A DNA stretch of 64,000 nt from Chloroflexota bacterium (GTDB lineage: Bacteria > Chloroflexota > Dehalococcoidia > UBA2979). Position numbers and translations under genes: made by a program. This document shows, piece by piece, positions 1 through 10,815 of the stretch. The notes beneath the pieces are model-generated. The model saw only the letters and a program-made list of their open reading frames with translations. It made no database searches and was not told where the DNA came from. The stretch lies in contig PBBA01000002.1 in NCBI GenBank assembly GCA_002716405.1, positions 21,028-85,027 of the forward strand. The letters are read 5' to 3'. Within the stretch, counting starts at the first letter, position 1, and every line of letters begins with the position of its first letter.

Positions 1-616
1 TAGACACTTCCGGATTTGTGGTAACACTGTACATTTGTCCAGCACCACCAGTAGCAAGAACTATTTTGGAGGCTCCATAGAGTGTCTTGTTCCCACTTTT
101 AGTAGACAACACTTCTGCACCAACCACGTCTTGACCATTTAATTGCAATTCGCGTACGAGTGTATGCTCCAGTATTGTAATTCCTGATTCTTGTGCCAAA
201 GAAGACAAAGAGAGTTCGATTTCAAGCCCTGTTTGATCGCCACGAGCATGCAAAATACGTGGAGCAGAGTGCGCTGCTTCCCTACCTAGCTGTATAAAAC
301 CGTCAGATCTATCAAAACGAACTCCATACCTTATTAAGTCATCAATGCGTTCTGGAGCACCTTCAACTAATATTTTTGCAGCATCAATATCAACTAATCC
401 AGCGCCAGCATCAACTGTATCTTTTAAGTGAGACTCAATTGAATCACTAGCACCTACCGCTGCAGCAATACCACCTTGAGCCCATTTGGTGGTAGCTTCT
501 TCAATTCCCCCTTTTGTAATTAAGAGAACATTAGCACCCTTTTCTTTTGCACGAATCGCAGTGTACAAACCGGCAATTCCCGAACCTACGACTAATAAAT
601 CATACGTTGATTGCAT
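1..616 (-). CDS. nadB: L-aspartate oxidase (5' part; runs off the window)
   Basis: Manual translation from ATG at 616 gives MQSTYDLLVVGSGIAGLYTA...WAQGGIAAA...LGREAAHSAPRILHARGDQTG...LATGGAG, the FAD-binding and NadB motifs; downstream of nadA. Confidence 0.93.
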   Translation of the reverse strand, partial: MQSTYDLLVVGSGIAGLYTAIRAKEKGANVLLITKGGIEEATTKWAQGGIAAAVGASDSIESHLKDTVDAGAGLVDIDAAKILVEGAPERIDDLIRYGVRFDRSDGFIQLGREAAHSAPRILHARGDQTGLEIELSLSSLAQESGITILEHTLVRELQLNGQDVVGAEVLSTKSGNKTLYGASKIVLATGGAGQMYSVTTNPEVS

Positions 617-620
617 CTTA

Positions 621-1085
621 TTACCTTGCAGCACTATCTTCAGATTCTTCAGTTGAAAACGCGTATTCATAATTTTGAATTAATTCCAATATCTTTTGCC
701 ATTGCTCAGGAAGCTGTGGTTGCCCAGTTTGAGTATTTAAGTACACATAACGATGTGTAAAATTCGCAATTACATGATGATGCAATGTTGATTCTATAAG
801 TGCTTCGAAAATTAAGCGCCCATTGATTGCTGAAATACATTTCAACGATACTTTTGCTTTATCATCCCAACGTATTGGTGCTCGATAACGAATTTGACTG
901 CCACTTTGCATACGAAGAATTTCTTCTTGAACAGGTAACCCAACTTCTTTGTCGTAATCTGCAAGTGCGATTTCTGTAAGTGCCAACAATACCCCACCAT
1001 GCACAAAAGGAGTCCCTGCAAAGCTATCAGTATGTCGTAATTGATATTCAGAACTGAAACGAAAATTTGACTGCTGGTCTGACAT
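621..1085 (-). CDS. Hotdog-fold acyl-CoA thioesterase-like protein (4HBT/YbgC-like)
   Basis: LRHTD..VH...LTE N-terminal pattern, IRYRAPIRWDD, YVYLNTQTGQPQLP; 4 bp from nadB and 20 bp from nadA. Confidence 0.7.
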   Translation of the reverse strand: MSDQQSNFRFSSEYQLRHTDSFAGTPFVHGGVLLALTEIALADYDKEVGLPVQEEILRMQSGSQIRYRAPIRWDDKAKVSLKCISAINGRLIFEALIESTLHHHVIANFTHRYVYLNTQTGQPQLPEQWQKILELIQNYEYAFSTEESEDSAAR

Positions 1086-1105
1086 AATCAGTTTTTTATT
1101 AAGTC

Positions 1106-2362
1106 TTACTTAATATTCAACATTCGCTGTAAAGCAACAGCAGCATAATGTTTGATATTTTTGTCAACAGAAATCTGATTAACGACATGACCTTTGACAA
1201 GTGATTCCATAACCCAAGCAAGATATGCAGGATGAACTCTATACATCGTGCTACAAGGACACACTACAGGATCCAGACAAAAAATAGTTTTGTCTGGATA
1301 TTCATGACTTAGACGTGAAACTAAATTAATTTCAGTACCTATACCGATAACTGAACCAGCTTCGGCATTCGCAACATAATCCACTATAAAACCAGTAGAT
1401 CCACTAGCATCTGCAGCATCAACAACTTCGGCACGACATTCCGGATGCACCAAAATTTCTACTTCAGGAAAACGCTCGCGAGCTTGGTCAATTTGTGTTA
1501 ATGAAAAACGTTGATGAACCGAGCAATGCCCTTGCCACAAAATAATGCGTGACTGAAGTAAATTTTCTCTATTCAAACCACCTAATCGACCAGGACCCAA
1601 TCGCCAATTCCAAAGCGACATCTCATTATCGCTAATTCCCATATCATGCCCTGTATTTCTTCCTAAATGTTGATCAGGAAAGAAAAAGACTCTTTTACCT
1701 TGTTCAAATGCCCATTCCAAGACTTTCTCAGCATTTGAACTTGTACAAACAATGCCTCCATGTTCACCACAAAAACTTTTCAAAGATGCTGCAGAATTCA
1801 TATATGTCACTGGAATCAGGTCATCAGTACCATCAAAGATTGCGCTCAATTCGTTCCATGCAGAATATAAATCTGGTTCTGATGCCATATCTGCCATTGA
1901 ACAACCAGCTTCAATATTTGGCAGTATTACATGCTGATCCGGTTGCGCAAGAATATCTGCAGCTTCTGCCATGAAATGTACACCACAAAAAATAATATAT
2001 TTAGCATCATTCTGTGTGGCGGCATATTGTGCTAACGCAAAAGAATCTCCACGATAATCTGCGTACTGAATAATATCTTCACGCTGATAATGATGGCCGA
2101 GAACAATCAATTCACTGCCGAGTTTTTGACGCGCAATGCCAATACGTTCTGTCAATTGTTCTGCGCTAAGCTTCATATACTCTTGCGGAATGTCAGATTG
2201 CCATGAATCAAAAGAAATTTCATCAGCAAGTGGTATTGTTGCAATACCACCATCAGTTTCACACTGTAATTGTGGTGTATTAAATTGTTGCAATACTTTT
2301 TCAAAATCTATATACGGATTTTGTTTTTGAATTTTTTCTTGACCGACATCGATATTAGTCAT
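1106..2362 (-). CDS. nadA: Quinolinate synthase
   Basis: LGHHYQR, FCGVHFMAE, AGCSMADM, TYMNS, CTSSNA, PDQHLGRN, CSVH, VHPEC, CPCSTM. Confidence 0.97.
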   Translation of the reverse strand: MTNIDVGQEKIQKQNPYIDFEKVLQQFNTPQLQCETDGGIATIPLADEISFDSWQSDIPQEYMKLSAEQLTERIGIARQKLGSELIVLGHHYQREDIIQYADYRGDSFALAQYAATQNDAKYIIFCGVHFMAEAADILAQPDQHVILPNIEAGCSMADMASEPDLYSAWNELSAIFDGTDDLIPVTYMNSAASLKSFCGEHGGIVCTSSNAEKVLEWAFEQGKRVFFFPDQHLGRNTGHDMGISDNEMSLWNWRLGPGRLGGLNRENLLQSRIILWQGHCSVHQRFSLTQIDQARERFPEVEILVHPECRAEVVDAADASGSTGFIVDYVANAEAGSVIGIGTEINLVSRLSHEYPDKTIFCLDPVVCPCSTMYRVHPAYLAWVMESLVKGHVVNQISVDKNIKHYAAVALQRMLNIK

Positions 2363-2405
2363 ATTTACTCATCACTAAAGATTTTCAATGAAAGCATATG
2401 CTCTC

Positions 2406-2448
2406 TATTCAACTACTTAGTGTATCAAATACACTAAGTAGTTGAATA
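2406..2448. promoter_or_regulatory. NrtR operator inside a perfect 20-bp inverted repeat
   Basis: TATTCAACTACTTAGTGTAT-CAA-ATACACTAAGTAGTTGAATA; the core TTAGTGT-atcaaat-ACACTAA fits the NrtR GT-N7-AC palindrome; lies between nrtR and the nadA start. Confidence 0.85.
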
Positions 2449-2505
2449 TGTAATTTAGGCAAGAAAAATGAAAATGTCAACAAAAATAGACTTTGAATAC
2501 AATAT

Positions 2506-3144
2506 TTATAAAAAAACAGGATCACGTGACACAAATCGAAAAAGTTGCGCAGGGCGGTGAGCACCATCTCTTCTAGCTTTACCAGTTGGTTCAATTAAAT
2601 CTGTCGTGATCATCCGACGACGAAAATTTCTTCTATCGAGAGGTGAGCCTAAAATTGTTTCATATGTATTTTGTAGTTCCCGGATAGTAAATTCAGGAGG
2701 CAGCAATCCAAACGCAATATTCGTATATCCAAGCTTAGCTCTAATTCTATCGACAGCTTGATCAATCAACCGATTATTATCAAATGCAAGAGATGGCAAT
2801 TCATTAACAGGGAACCATGCAGGTTCCCAAGATTCTTCTTGTCGCAATCTGACATCATTTGCATCTACAAGCGCAAAATATGCTACAGCAATCATTTCCT
2901 GTGAAGCATCAAGTCCGGAAGAGGTGAATAACTGCTCTAAATAAACATCATTAGCACCTGTTTCCTCCACTAATTTGCGCGTAGCAGCTTCATTTAAGGA
3001 CTCGAGACAATCCCATAACCCACCTGGTAAAGCCCATTTGCCAGATTCAGGTTCACCTGTGCGATGCACAAGTAATACTTGTAAACGTCCATCAACAACA
3101 GCAAATATAGATACAATAGTCGCGACCAAAGGTGAGTTTTTCAT
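2506..3144 (-). CDS. nrtR: NrtR Nudix-related transcriptional regulator of NAD metabolism
   Basis: Degenerate Nudix box WALPGG...AATRKLVEETG, YLEQLFT, LAFD, and winged-HTH FTIRELQNTYETILG..LDRRNFRR..HRPAQLF; upstream of nadA. Confidence 0.92.
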   Translation of the reverse strand: MKNSPLVATIVSIFAVVDGRLQVLLVHRTGEPESGKWALPGGLWDCLESLNEAATRKLVEETGANDVYLEQLFTSSGLDASQEMIAVAYFALVDANDVRLRQEESWEPAWFPVNELPSLAFDNNRLIDQAVDRIRAKLGYTNIAFGLLPPEFTIRELQNTYETILGSPLDRRNFRRRMITTDLIEPTGKARRDGAHRPAQLFRFVSRDPVFL

Positions 3145-3211
3145 CGGATAATTATCGATTACCTCGTAATATTACAAAAAACAGCCATCCTCTATTATTT
3201 AAAACTACACA

Positions 3212-4525
3212 TTAGATACTCAATATAGGGAGATCAAAAACTCCAACCTGAGTTCCACGCATAGACCAAGAGGTGACTTCATTAATTTGGACATCGACTA
3301 AATCACCAATACTGGCATTAGAATTAAAATGCACTAATTGGCCCTTACGAGTACGACCAGTCAACTGATCATCAGTTTTCTTTTCAACTAATATTTCAAC
3401 AATTTTACCTAATTCAGCACTTTTCGTTTTTTCTGCTGAACTTGCATGAATTTCTTCAATCAAATGTAATCGAGATTTCTTGAGATCTTTTGGCACATCA
3501 TCATCTAATTTACGATATGCAAATGTACCAGGCCTCGGAGAGTATGAAGCAACATGAATTACATCAAATTGTGTTCTTTCTAATAAATCAAGCGTTTCTT
3601 CAAATTCTGATTCTGTCTCTCCAGGACAACCAACAATAATATCTGTAGCTATCGATGCAGAAGGCATTCGTTCACGAATTTTTGCCACTCGTTCTTCAAA
3701 TTCCTCTATTCGATAACCACGTCGCATACGTTCCAACATTGCATTCGAACCTGATTGCACGGGAATATTGAAATGTTCACAAACCTTAGAGCAATCTGCG
3801 ACCGCATCTATGATTCGATCTGTCATATCTTTCGGATATGAAGTAAGGAAACGAGTACGTGCTATACCATGTATATCTTCAATCGCCTCAAAAAGCTCAG
3901 CAAGATTTGTTTCTTCTTTTAAATCATGACCATATGCTTCTACTGTTTGACCTAGCAATGTGACTTCTTTTACTCCATTATCAGCTAAAAAATTAATTTC
4001 ATCCAAAATATCTGAAGGAAGTCGGGATTCTTCACGGCCACGCCTTAATGGAACAATGCAGTAAGTACAAAATTTGTCACATCCGTGAATTACAGGAACA
4101 TACGCTGTCGGCCCATCAGGTTTTGCGTAGGTTTTTGCCATGTCAAAAGCACCTAATTCACCAAGTGAAACATCCCTCTCCATTACAGCAAGATCCAAAA
4201 TAGGTTCAAATTCTTGAGGCCTTGCCCAAAGATCAACATAAGGGAATCTTCTTCTTAGATCTTTCGTATTCGCGCCGACCATACATCCCATCACCACAAT
4301 ATGAAATTTCTCACCATGCTCTCGTTTCTTACGAAGAATACCTAACTTTGAATATGCTCTATCTTCTGCATGCTGACGTACAGAGCAGGTGTTGATAACA
4401 AAAAGATCTGCTTTATCTTCAGAAATGGCATCTTTATATCCTAATTCTTGTAGACCAGCAGACAATTTCAATGAATCTGCCTGATTCATTTGACAGCCCA
4501 AAGTGGAAATATGAAATGTTGCCAT
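3212..4525 (-). CDS. miaB: tRNA-2-methylthio-N6-dimethylallyladenosine synthase
   Basis: TLGCQMNQADS, NTCSVRQHAE, radical SAM GCDKFCTYCIVP, YSPRPGT, C-terminal TRAM domain; start placed at MATFHIS (4525). Confidence 0.95.
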   Translation of the reverse strand: MATFHISTLGCQMNQADSLKLSAGLQELGYKDAISEDKADLFVINTCSVRQHAEDRAYSKLGILRKKREHGEKFHIVVMGCMVGANTKDLRRRFPYVDLWARPQEFEPILDLAVMERDVSLGELGAFDMAKTYAKPDGPTAYVPVIHGCDKFCTYCIVPLRRGREESRLPSDILDEINFLADNGVKEVTLLGQTVEAYGHDLKEETNLAELFEAIEDIHGIARTRFLTSYPKDMTDRIIDAVADCSKVCEHFNIPVQSGSNAMLERMRRGYRIEEFEERVAKIRERMPSASIATDIIVGCPGETESEFEETLDLLERTQFDVIHVASYSPRPGTFAYRKLDDDVPKDLKKSRLHLIEEIHASSAEKTKSAELGKIVEILVEKKTDDQLTGRTRKGQLVHFNSNASIGDLVDVQINEVTSWSMRGTQVGVFDLPILSI

Positions 4526-4547
4526 TAAAACCTCGATTTCCAAATAC

Positions 4548-4638
4548 TGGCGGAGGGGGTGGGATTCGAACCCACGATCCCCATAACAGGGATAAGCGCT
4601 TAGCAGGCGCCCGCACTAGGCCTCTATGCGACCCCTCC
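4548..4638 (-). tRNA. tRNA-Ser(GCT)
   Basis: GGAGGGG/CCCCTCC acceptor stem with encoded CCA, anticodon arm GGCGC-CTGCTAA-GCGCT, long variable arm, GGTTCGAATCC. Confidence 0.96.
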
Positions 4639-4643
4639 GTTAA

Positions 4644-5468
4644 TTAAACTTCTAGTGGAGTATCTTCCTCATTAGCCCACTCGTCCATAGAACCATCATA
4701 ATTTCTAGATTCCGTATTTCCCAAAAGAGCCAAAGCAAATTGACCAAAAGCACCACGTATACCAGCCTGACAATAACTAATTACTGGCGCATTAACATCG
4801 ATCCCTGCCTCATTAAGTATCCTACGAATTTCGGATAGTGAACGAAATCTTCTAAATGGAGGACCTTCCAACAAATGCCGCCATTCGAAATGTATCGCAC
4901 CGGGGATCCGCCCTACGCGAGCATTACCCCTACTTTCAGTACCATCCCATTCTTCATTACTCCGTGTATCCCAGATTTGCGTTCCTGTACCAACTAAACT
5001 TTTCAATTCAGTGATATCACAGACTTGGGTATTATCAATTACAGAGCGAAACTCACCAGGCTCTGGCCTAGGAATTTTAGAAGTTAATGGCCTGTTTTCA
5101 GCTATCCAAGCGTTAAGACCACCGTCGACAACTCGTACATTTTTGTGTCCAAAATATCTTAATACCCACCAAATTCTTGCAGCATGCAAAGATGCATTGT
5201 CATCATAGACCACGACAGGCTGTTCATTCGATAAACCCCAGCTCGAGGCCAAATTGTCAAATTGATCGCTATCCATTACTAACTTACTTCCTCGACCTTT
5301 TAAGTAGGGATGAGAAAGACCTATTGCACCTGGAACATGGGCACGCCTATAAGCAACAAATTCGCCAGCATCAATAAGTACAAATTTACTACTTTCAAGA
5401 TTATCAGCGAGCCATTCAGTAGACACCAATAGAGGGCTATGCTCGTCAGAATTTAAATTGCCAGACAT
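4644..5468 (-). CDS. Tandem-domain rhodanese / sulfurtransferase (SseA/TST family)
   Basis: LVSTEWL, HVPGA, AARIWW, VDGGL, GRIPGA, active loop YCQAGIR, YDGSMDEW. Confidence 0.92.
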   Translation of the reverse strand: MSGNLNSDEHSPLLVSTEWLADNLESSKFVLIDAGEFVAYRRAHVPGAIGLSHPYLKGRGSKLVMDSDQFDNLASSWGLSNEQPVVVYDDNASLHAARIWWVLRYFGHKNVRVVDGGLNAWIAENRPLTSKIPRPEPGEFRSVIDNTQVCDITELKSLVGTGTQIWDTRSNEEWDGTESRGNARVGRIPGAIHFEWRHLLEGPPFRRFRSLSEIRRILNEAGIDVNAPVISYCQAGIRGAFGQFALALLGNTESRNYDGSMDEWANEEDTPLEV

Positions 5469-5609
5469 AACAAACTCCTAAAATTACAAAGGACATGATC
5501 GCAGATATATACACAAAAGTACAAGCGGCTAAGAGTATTAATCATTTAATTAATGCAATTCTTAGATTGATCATGTAAATAAATCATTAGGAATACAAAA
5601 GTTATTTAT

Positions 5610-6848
5610 ATGAATTTTCTAAATTTAAACATTTCAACGCCAGTACTACTAATATCTCTGGCTCTTGCTGCCTGTCTCATGGGAGATGCAATGCTGTACG
5701 CAGTAATGCCTTCAAGTCCAGAAACTTGGGGGCTTTCAACATCAGCAATAGCATTAATGCTTTCAGTCAACAGATTCATCCGCCTAGCTTCAAACCCCAT
5801 GGCAGCCGTTCTATTCAGAAAATTTGGAAAACAAAGCATGCTGATTTTTGCCTTATTCTTATCTGTCTACGTCACTATGATCTATGGCTGGAGTACTGCA
5901 TTTTTTTTGCTAATCACCGCTAGAATTTTTTGGGGAATAGCTTTTTCCATTCTACGACTGGGAACACAAATTACAGTTTTTGAAGAAACAGAAGAATTAA
6001 ATAGAGGTTTCCAAATGGGTGCAAGCCTTGGGATTATGAGAATGGGTAATGTGTTCGGAGCAATTTTAGGTGCAATTTCAGTTCAACGTTTCGGACATCG
6101 AGCAACACTTACAGGATTCACAATTACAATTATTGCATCAAGTGTCCTTTGGTTTTTAAATATTCCCAAGTCATCAAAGAAAGATATTGAAGAAAACCTT
6201 CCTCAAGAAAATGAAGATTCAGTGTTATCACAATTTGAAATAATATTTCGAGACAGGCAAGTGTTTCTCTTCCTAATAGCAAGTTTCTTAACAGGATTAA
6301 TCTTCCCAGGATTAATGTGGTCTACTACAGGTTTTTACTTATTAGAGTCATTCGGTAATAACATCACTACACTAGGTATTAGTATCAGCGTAATTAGCTT
6401 GACTGGAGTAATGCTCGGAATGCAATGGAGTTTAGTAATGCCTGTTGCCCCTTTAGTAGGCAAAGCATCTGATCGTCATGGTCGGGTAACGGTAATTGTA
6501 TGTGGTCTTATAATAGGAATTGTCGGCTTAACTACTTTATCCATCTCCCCCACAATACTTCTTTCACTGTTAAGTATCTTTTTAGCATTTTTGGCTGGAG
6601 TGATTTTAGCTGTTGTCCTACCTACTACAATAGGAGAATTAGTAGAGCCATCTAAACGCGCCGCTGCTCTTAGTGTCTATGCAACTTGTGCTGATTTAGG
6701 AAGTGGTATTGGGCCAATAATCGGCTTGTCATTTGGAAGCCTCATCCTTCTAAAGGGAATTTTTATCTTCTCGGCATTCCTTTTAATGAGTACTGCAATT
6801 ATTATTATTTTGGCTTTTCGCAATGTAAAATTTTTTTCTACTAACTAA
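5610..6848 (+). CDS. MFS transporter
   Basis: 412 aa, about 12 hydrophobic segments, GKASDRHGR motif. Confidence 0.88.
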   Translation: MNFLNLNISTPVLLISLALAACLMGDAMLYAVMPSSPETWGLSTSAIALMLSVNRFIRLASNPMAAVLFRKFGKQSMLIFALFLSVYVTMIYGWSTAFFLLITARIFWGIAFSILRLGTQITVFEETEELNRGFQMGASLGIMRMGNVFGAILGAISVQRFGHRATLTGFTITIIASSVLWFLNIPKSSKKDIEENLPQENEDSVLSQFEIIFRDRQVFLFLIASFLTGLIFPGLMWSTTGFYLLESFGNNITTLGISISVISLTGVMLGMQWSLVMPVAPLVGKASDRHGRVTVIVCGLIIGIVGLTTLSISPTILLSLLSIFLAFLAGVILAVVLPTTIGELVEPSKRAAALSVYATCADLGSGIGPIIGLSFGSLILLKGIFIFSAFLLMSTAIIIILAFRNVKFFSTN

Positions 6849-6872
6849 GAATCGCCTTATTCAAAACCTTAA

Positions 6873-8390
<1,518 letters not shown>

Positions 8391-8392
8391 AA

Positions 8393-9319
8393 TTAAACGT
8401 TATATTCTGTAGCAATACTCTGAAGAACATCAAGGTTCGAAAGATTAGATTCGTTTTGAATGTCAGTAGTAAATGGAGCCAGAATAAGATCTGTTACCCC
8501 TGCCTCAAAATATTGAGCAATCTGCTCTGCCAAACGTACTTCGTTACCCATCATAGCCACATCCGAAGGGCCTCCTGCCTCACCATAATCAAGTATTCTT
8601 CGATAATTCTCCAATCGGCCATAGTTTTGAAATTTCTCTCCAGCCACAATTTTTGCATTCTGGATATCATCAGTCACAGAAAATGGTACTCCAGCTACAA
8701 CACGCAATTGCTCCCTTTGTGCATCAGCTGATGCTGTATTTAGTTTAGGAATCACATGTCGCCTAAGTGCCGTTAAACCTGCCATCCAAGTAATCGTTCC
8801 ATCTGCGACTTCACCAGCAACTTTTAACATCATTGGGGCAAGTGCAGAAATCATAATAGGCATTGGAGTCGAATCAATTAAATTAAAAGAACTTTCAATA
8901 TTAAAAATATCACCTTGGTAATTTGTATGTCCTTGTGTTGTTAAATCACGAAGTATTTCAACATATTCTCTCGTATATAGCGCGGGGCGATCGTATTTAA
9001 GACCTAATCGTTCTGTATTTGGTCTATGTGACGGACCGATACCCAATATTAAACGATTAGATATTGCTGCATTAACAGTTGTAGCTTGTTGAGCTAAAAC
9101 ATTTGGATGTCTTGTATAGATAGGGATCACTCCAGTAGCCAACTCAATATTTTCGGTTTCTTTACCTGCAAGGGCTATCGTAGTCAAGACATCAGTTTCA
9201 CCAGTTTGTGCAAACCAAAAGCTGTCAAAGCCTCTTTTTTCGGCATCAATTATCATTTTTATTTGATCGTGCAAATTCATTTTTGTTGGTAATGCACCCA
9301 TAAATAGTCCAATTTTCAT
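8393..9319 (-). CDS. LLM-class flavin/F420-dependent oxidoreductase
   Basis: AEKRGFDSFW, ELATGVIPIYTRHP..LAQQA, LGIGPSH, ALAPMMLKVAGEVADG; resembles the F420-dependent MSMEG_4879-like family. Confidence 0.88.
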   Translation of the reverse strand: MKIGLFMGALPTKMNLHDQIKMIIDAEKRGFDSFWFAQTGETDVLTTIALAGKETENIELATGVIPIYTRHPNVLAQQATTVNAAISNRLILGIGPSHRPNTERLGLKYDRPALYTREYVEILRDLTTQGHTNYQGDIFNIESSFNLIDSTPMPIMISALAPMMLKVAGEVADGTITWMAGLTALRRHVIPKLNTASADAQREQLRVVAGVPFSVTDDIQNAKIVAGEKFQNYGRLENYRRILDYGEAGGPSDVAMMGNEVRLAEQIAQYFEAGVTDLILAPFTTDIQNESNLSNLDVLQSIATEYNV

Positions 9320-9406
9320 ATTTCTTCTTCCTAATTCTCCCAGTTACATTTTTTTATTTTAAAAATACCATTTCCACTGCCGTACTCTTTACGTAGACTT
9401 GTTTGT

Positions 9407-9496
9407 GGAGGAGTGCTCGAGTGGTTTAAGGGAACGGTCTTGAAAACCGTCGTGGCGCATGCGTCACCGTGGGTTCGAATCCCACCTCCTCCGCCA
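9407..9496 (+). tRNA. tRNA-Ser(TGA)
   Basis: GGAGGAG/CTCCTCC acceptor stem with CCA, anticodon arm ACGGT-CTTGAAA-ACCGT, long variable arm, GGTTCGAATCC. Confidence 0.96.
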
Positions 9497-9559
9497 TTCT
9501 ATAAAATATGAGAGTGCAATTTCACCATCAAAAGTAAAAAATTATAAATTATATTAACT

Positions 9560-10801
9560 ATGGAAAAAGATCCTCAAGAAAAACCATTCGCACTTACCAG
9601 TGGTATAGCACCATTAAAAGATAGCCGTTTTCGATATCTCTGGGCGAGTAGTACATTTTTCTTTAGTGGTTACTGGGCACAAACTGTTGTATTAGGGTGG
9701 TTAGCATTTGAAATTACAAATTCAGAATTTGCAGTAGCCAGTTTTACTGCAGCGCGTTTTTCTCCAATGCTCATAGGGCCCATTGGAGGAATACTTGCAG
9801 ATAGAATTGATCGTCTAAAGACCTTGAGAACTTCGATAATTATTACCTTAGTAATTGGCCTGGTAATTGCAGGAATATCTACATTTGGTCACTTGAATTA
9901 TTGGCTAGTAGTTTTAGTGGGTTTTGTGGGTGGTTTGACACAAGCTCCGCTAATGCCTGTCCGTTTTACACTAATGATGGATATCGTTGGTAAACAACAT
10001 CTATCTAGCGCCAATGCGTTAAATATGGCTGCAATGTTTGGCAGTAGAATTATCGCACCTGCAGGTGCGGGATGGATAATATCGTTGTGGGGACCCAGTT
10101 GGGCGTTATGGTACAGTGCAGCATGGTTCCTACCTGCTTGGCTATTCTTATTGTTCCCTATAACTGATATTACTCGAATGACTAATCCAGTTAATGGGCG
10201 TCTAATATCTGATCTTATTGAAGGGTTTTCTATAGCCATCAATAATCGAGCAATTGGAGCGGTTTTACTTGCAACAATTGCAGCTAATGTACTTGCATTT
10301 CCCATTCTTCAAGCATTTCTACCTGTGTTTGCAGAAGAGATCTTAAATGTTGGTGCATCAGGATTAGGTCTTCTTGTTTCAATGAATGGCATAGGTGCAC
10401 TATTTGGTTGTTTATTGATTTCGATGATGGGTGATTTTTCTGGAAAAGGAAGACTTTATTTATCTGGAACAACATTATTTGGGTTACTATTAGCTATTTT
10501 TGGATATGTCGACCAAATGTCTTTAGCCATAATTATAATTTTCTTGGCAGGTATGGCAAGTTCAGGTTTCGGAGTCATGCAGAGTACTCTAATATTATTA
10601 TTATCTCCAGAAGAGGCACGAGGGAGAGTCATGGGTGTATTAATGCTATCGATTGGGACACAACCGATAGCACTACTAATTCAAGGAGTTTTAGCAAACA
10701 CTTTCGGAGTCTCATACACTACTATTGCATGTGGAATACTTTTATCAATTTCCGTATTGTTGGTTGCATGGAGAAGTCCAGAACTTCGGAATGAAATCTA
10801 G
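9560..10801 (+). CDS. MFS transporter (H+ antiporter-like)
   Basis: GGILADRIDR motif A, about 12 TM segments, PEEARGRVMG. Confidence 0.9.
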   Translation: MEKDPQEKPFALTSGIAPLKDSRFRYLWASSTFFFSGYWAQTVVLGWLAFEITNSEFAVASFTAARFSPMLIGPIGGILADRIDRLKTLRTSIIITLVIGLVIAGISTFGHLNYWLVVLVGFVGGLTQAPLMPVRFTLMMDIVGKQHLSSANALNMAAMFGSRIIAPAGAGWIISLWGPSWALWYSAAWFLPAWLFLLFPITDITRMTNPVNGRLISDLIEGFSIAINNRAIGAVLLATIAANVLAFPILQAFLPVFAEEILNVGASGLGLLVSMNGIGALFGCLLISMMGDFSGKGRLYLSGTTLFGLLLAIFGYVDQMSLAIIIIFLAGMASSGFGVMQSTLILLLSPEEARGRVMGVLMLSIGTQPIALLIQGVLANTFGVSYTTIACGILLSISVLLVAWRSPELRNEI

Positions 10802-10815
10802 TCTAAAGGAAATCT

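Noticed and set aside
4434-4616. 60-aa ORF on the minus strand
   Set aside because: It overlaps tRNA-Ser(GCT) and the start of miaB; an artefact of translating the tRNA
5493-5576. Imperfect long inverted repeat (ACATGATC/GATCATGT, CTAAGA/TCTTAG) in a divergent spacer
   Set aside because: Short arms in very AT-rich DNA; cannot be told apart from chance by eye
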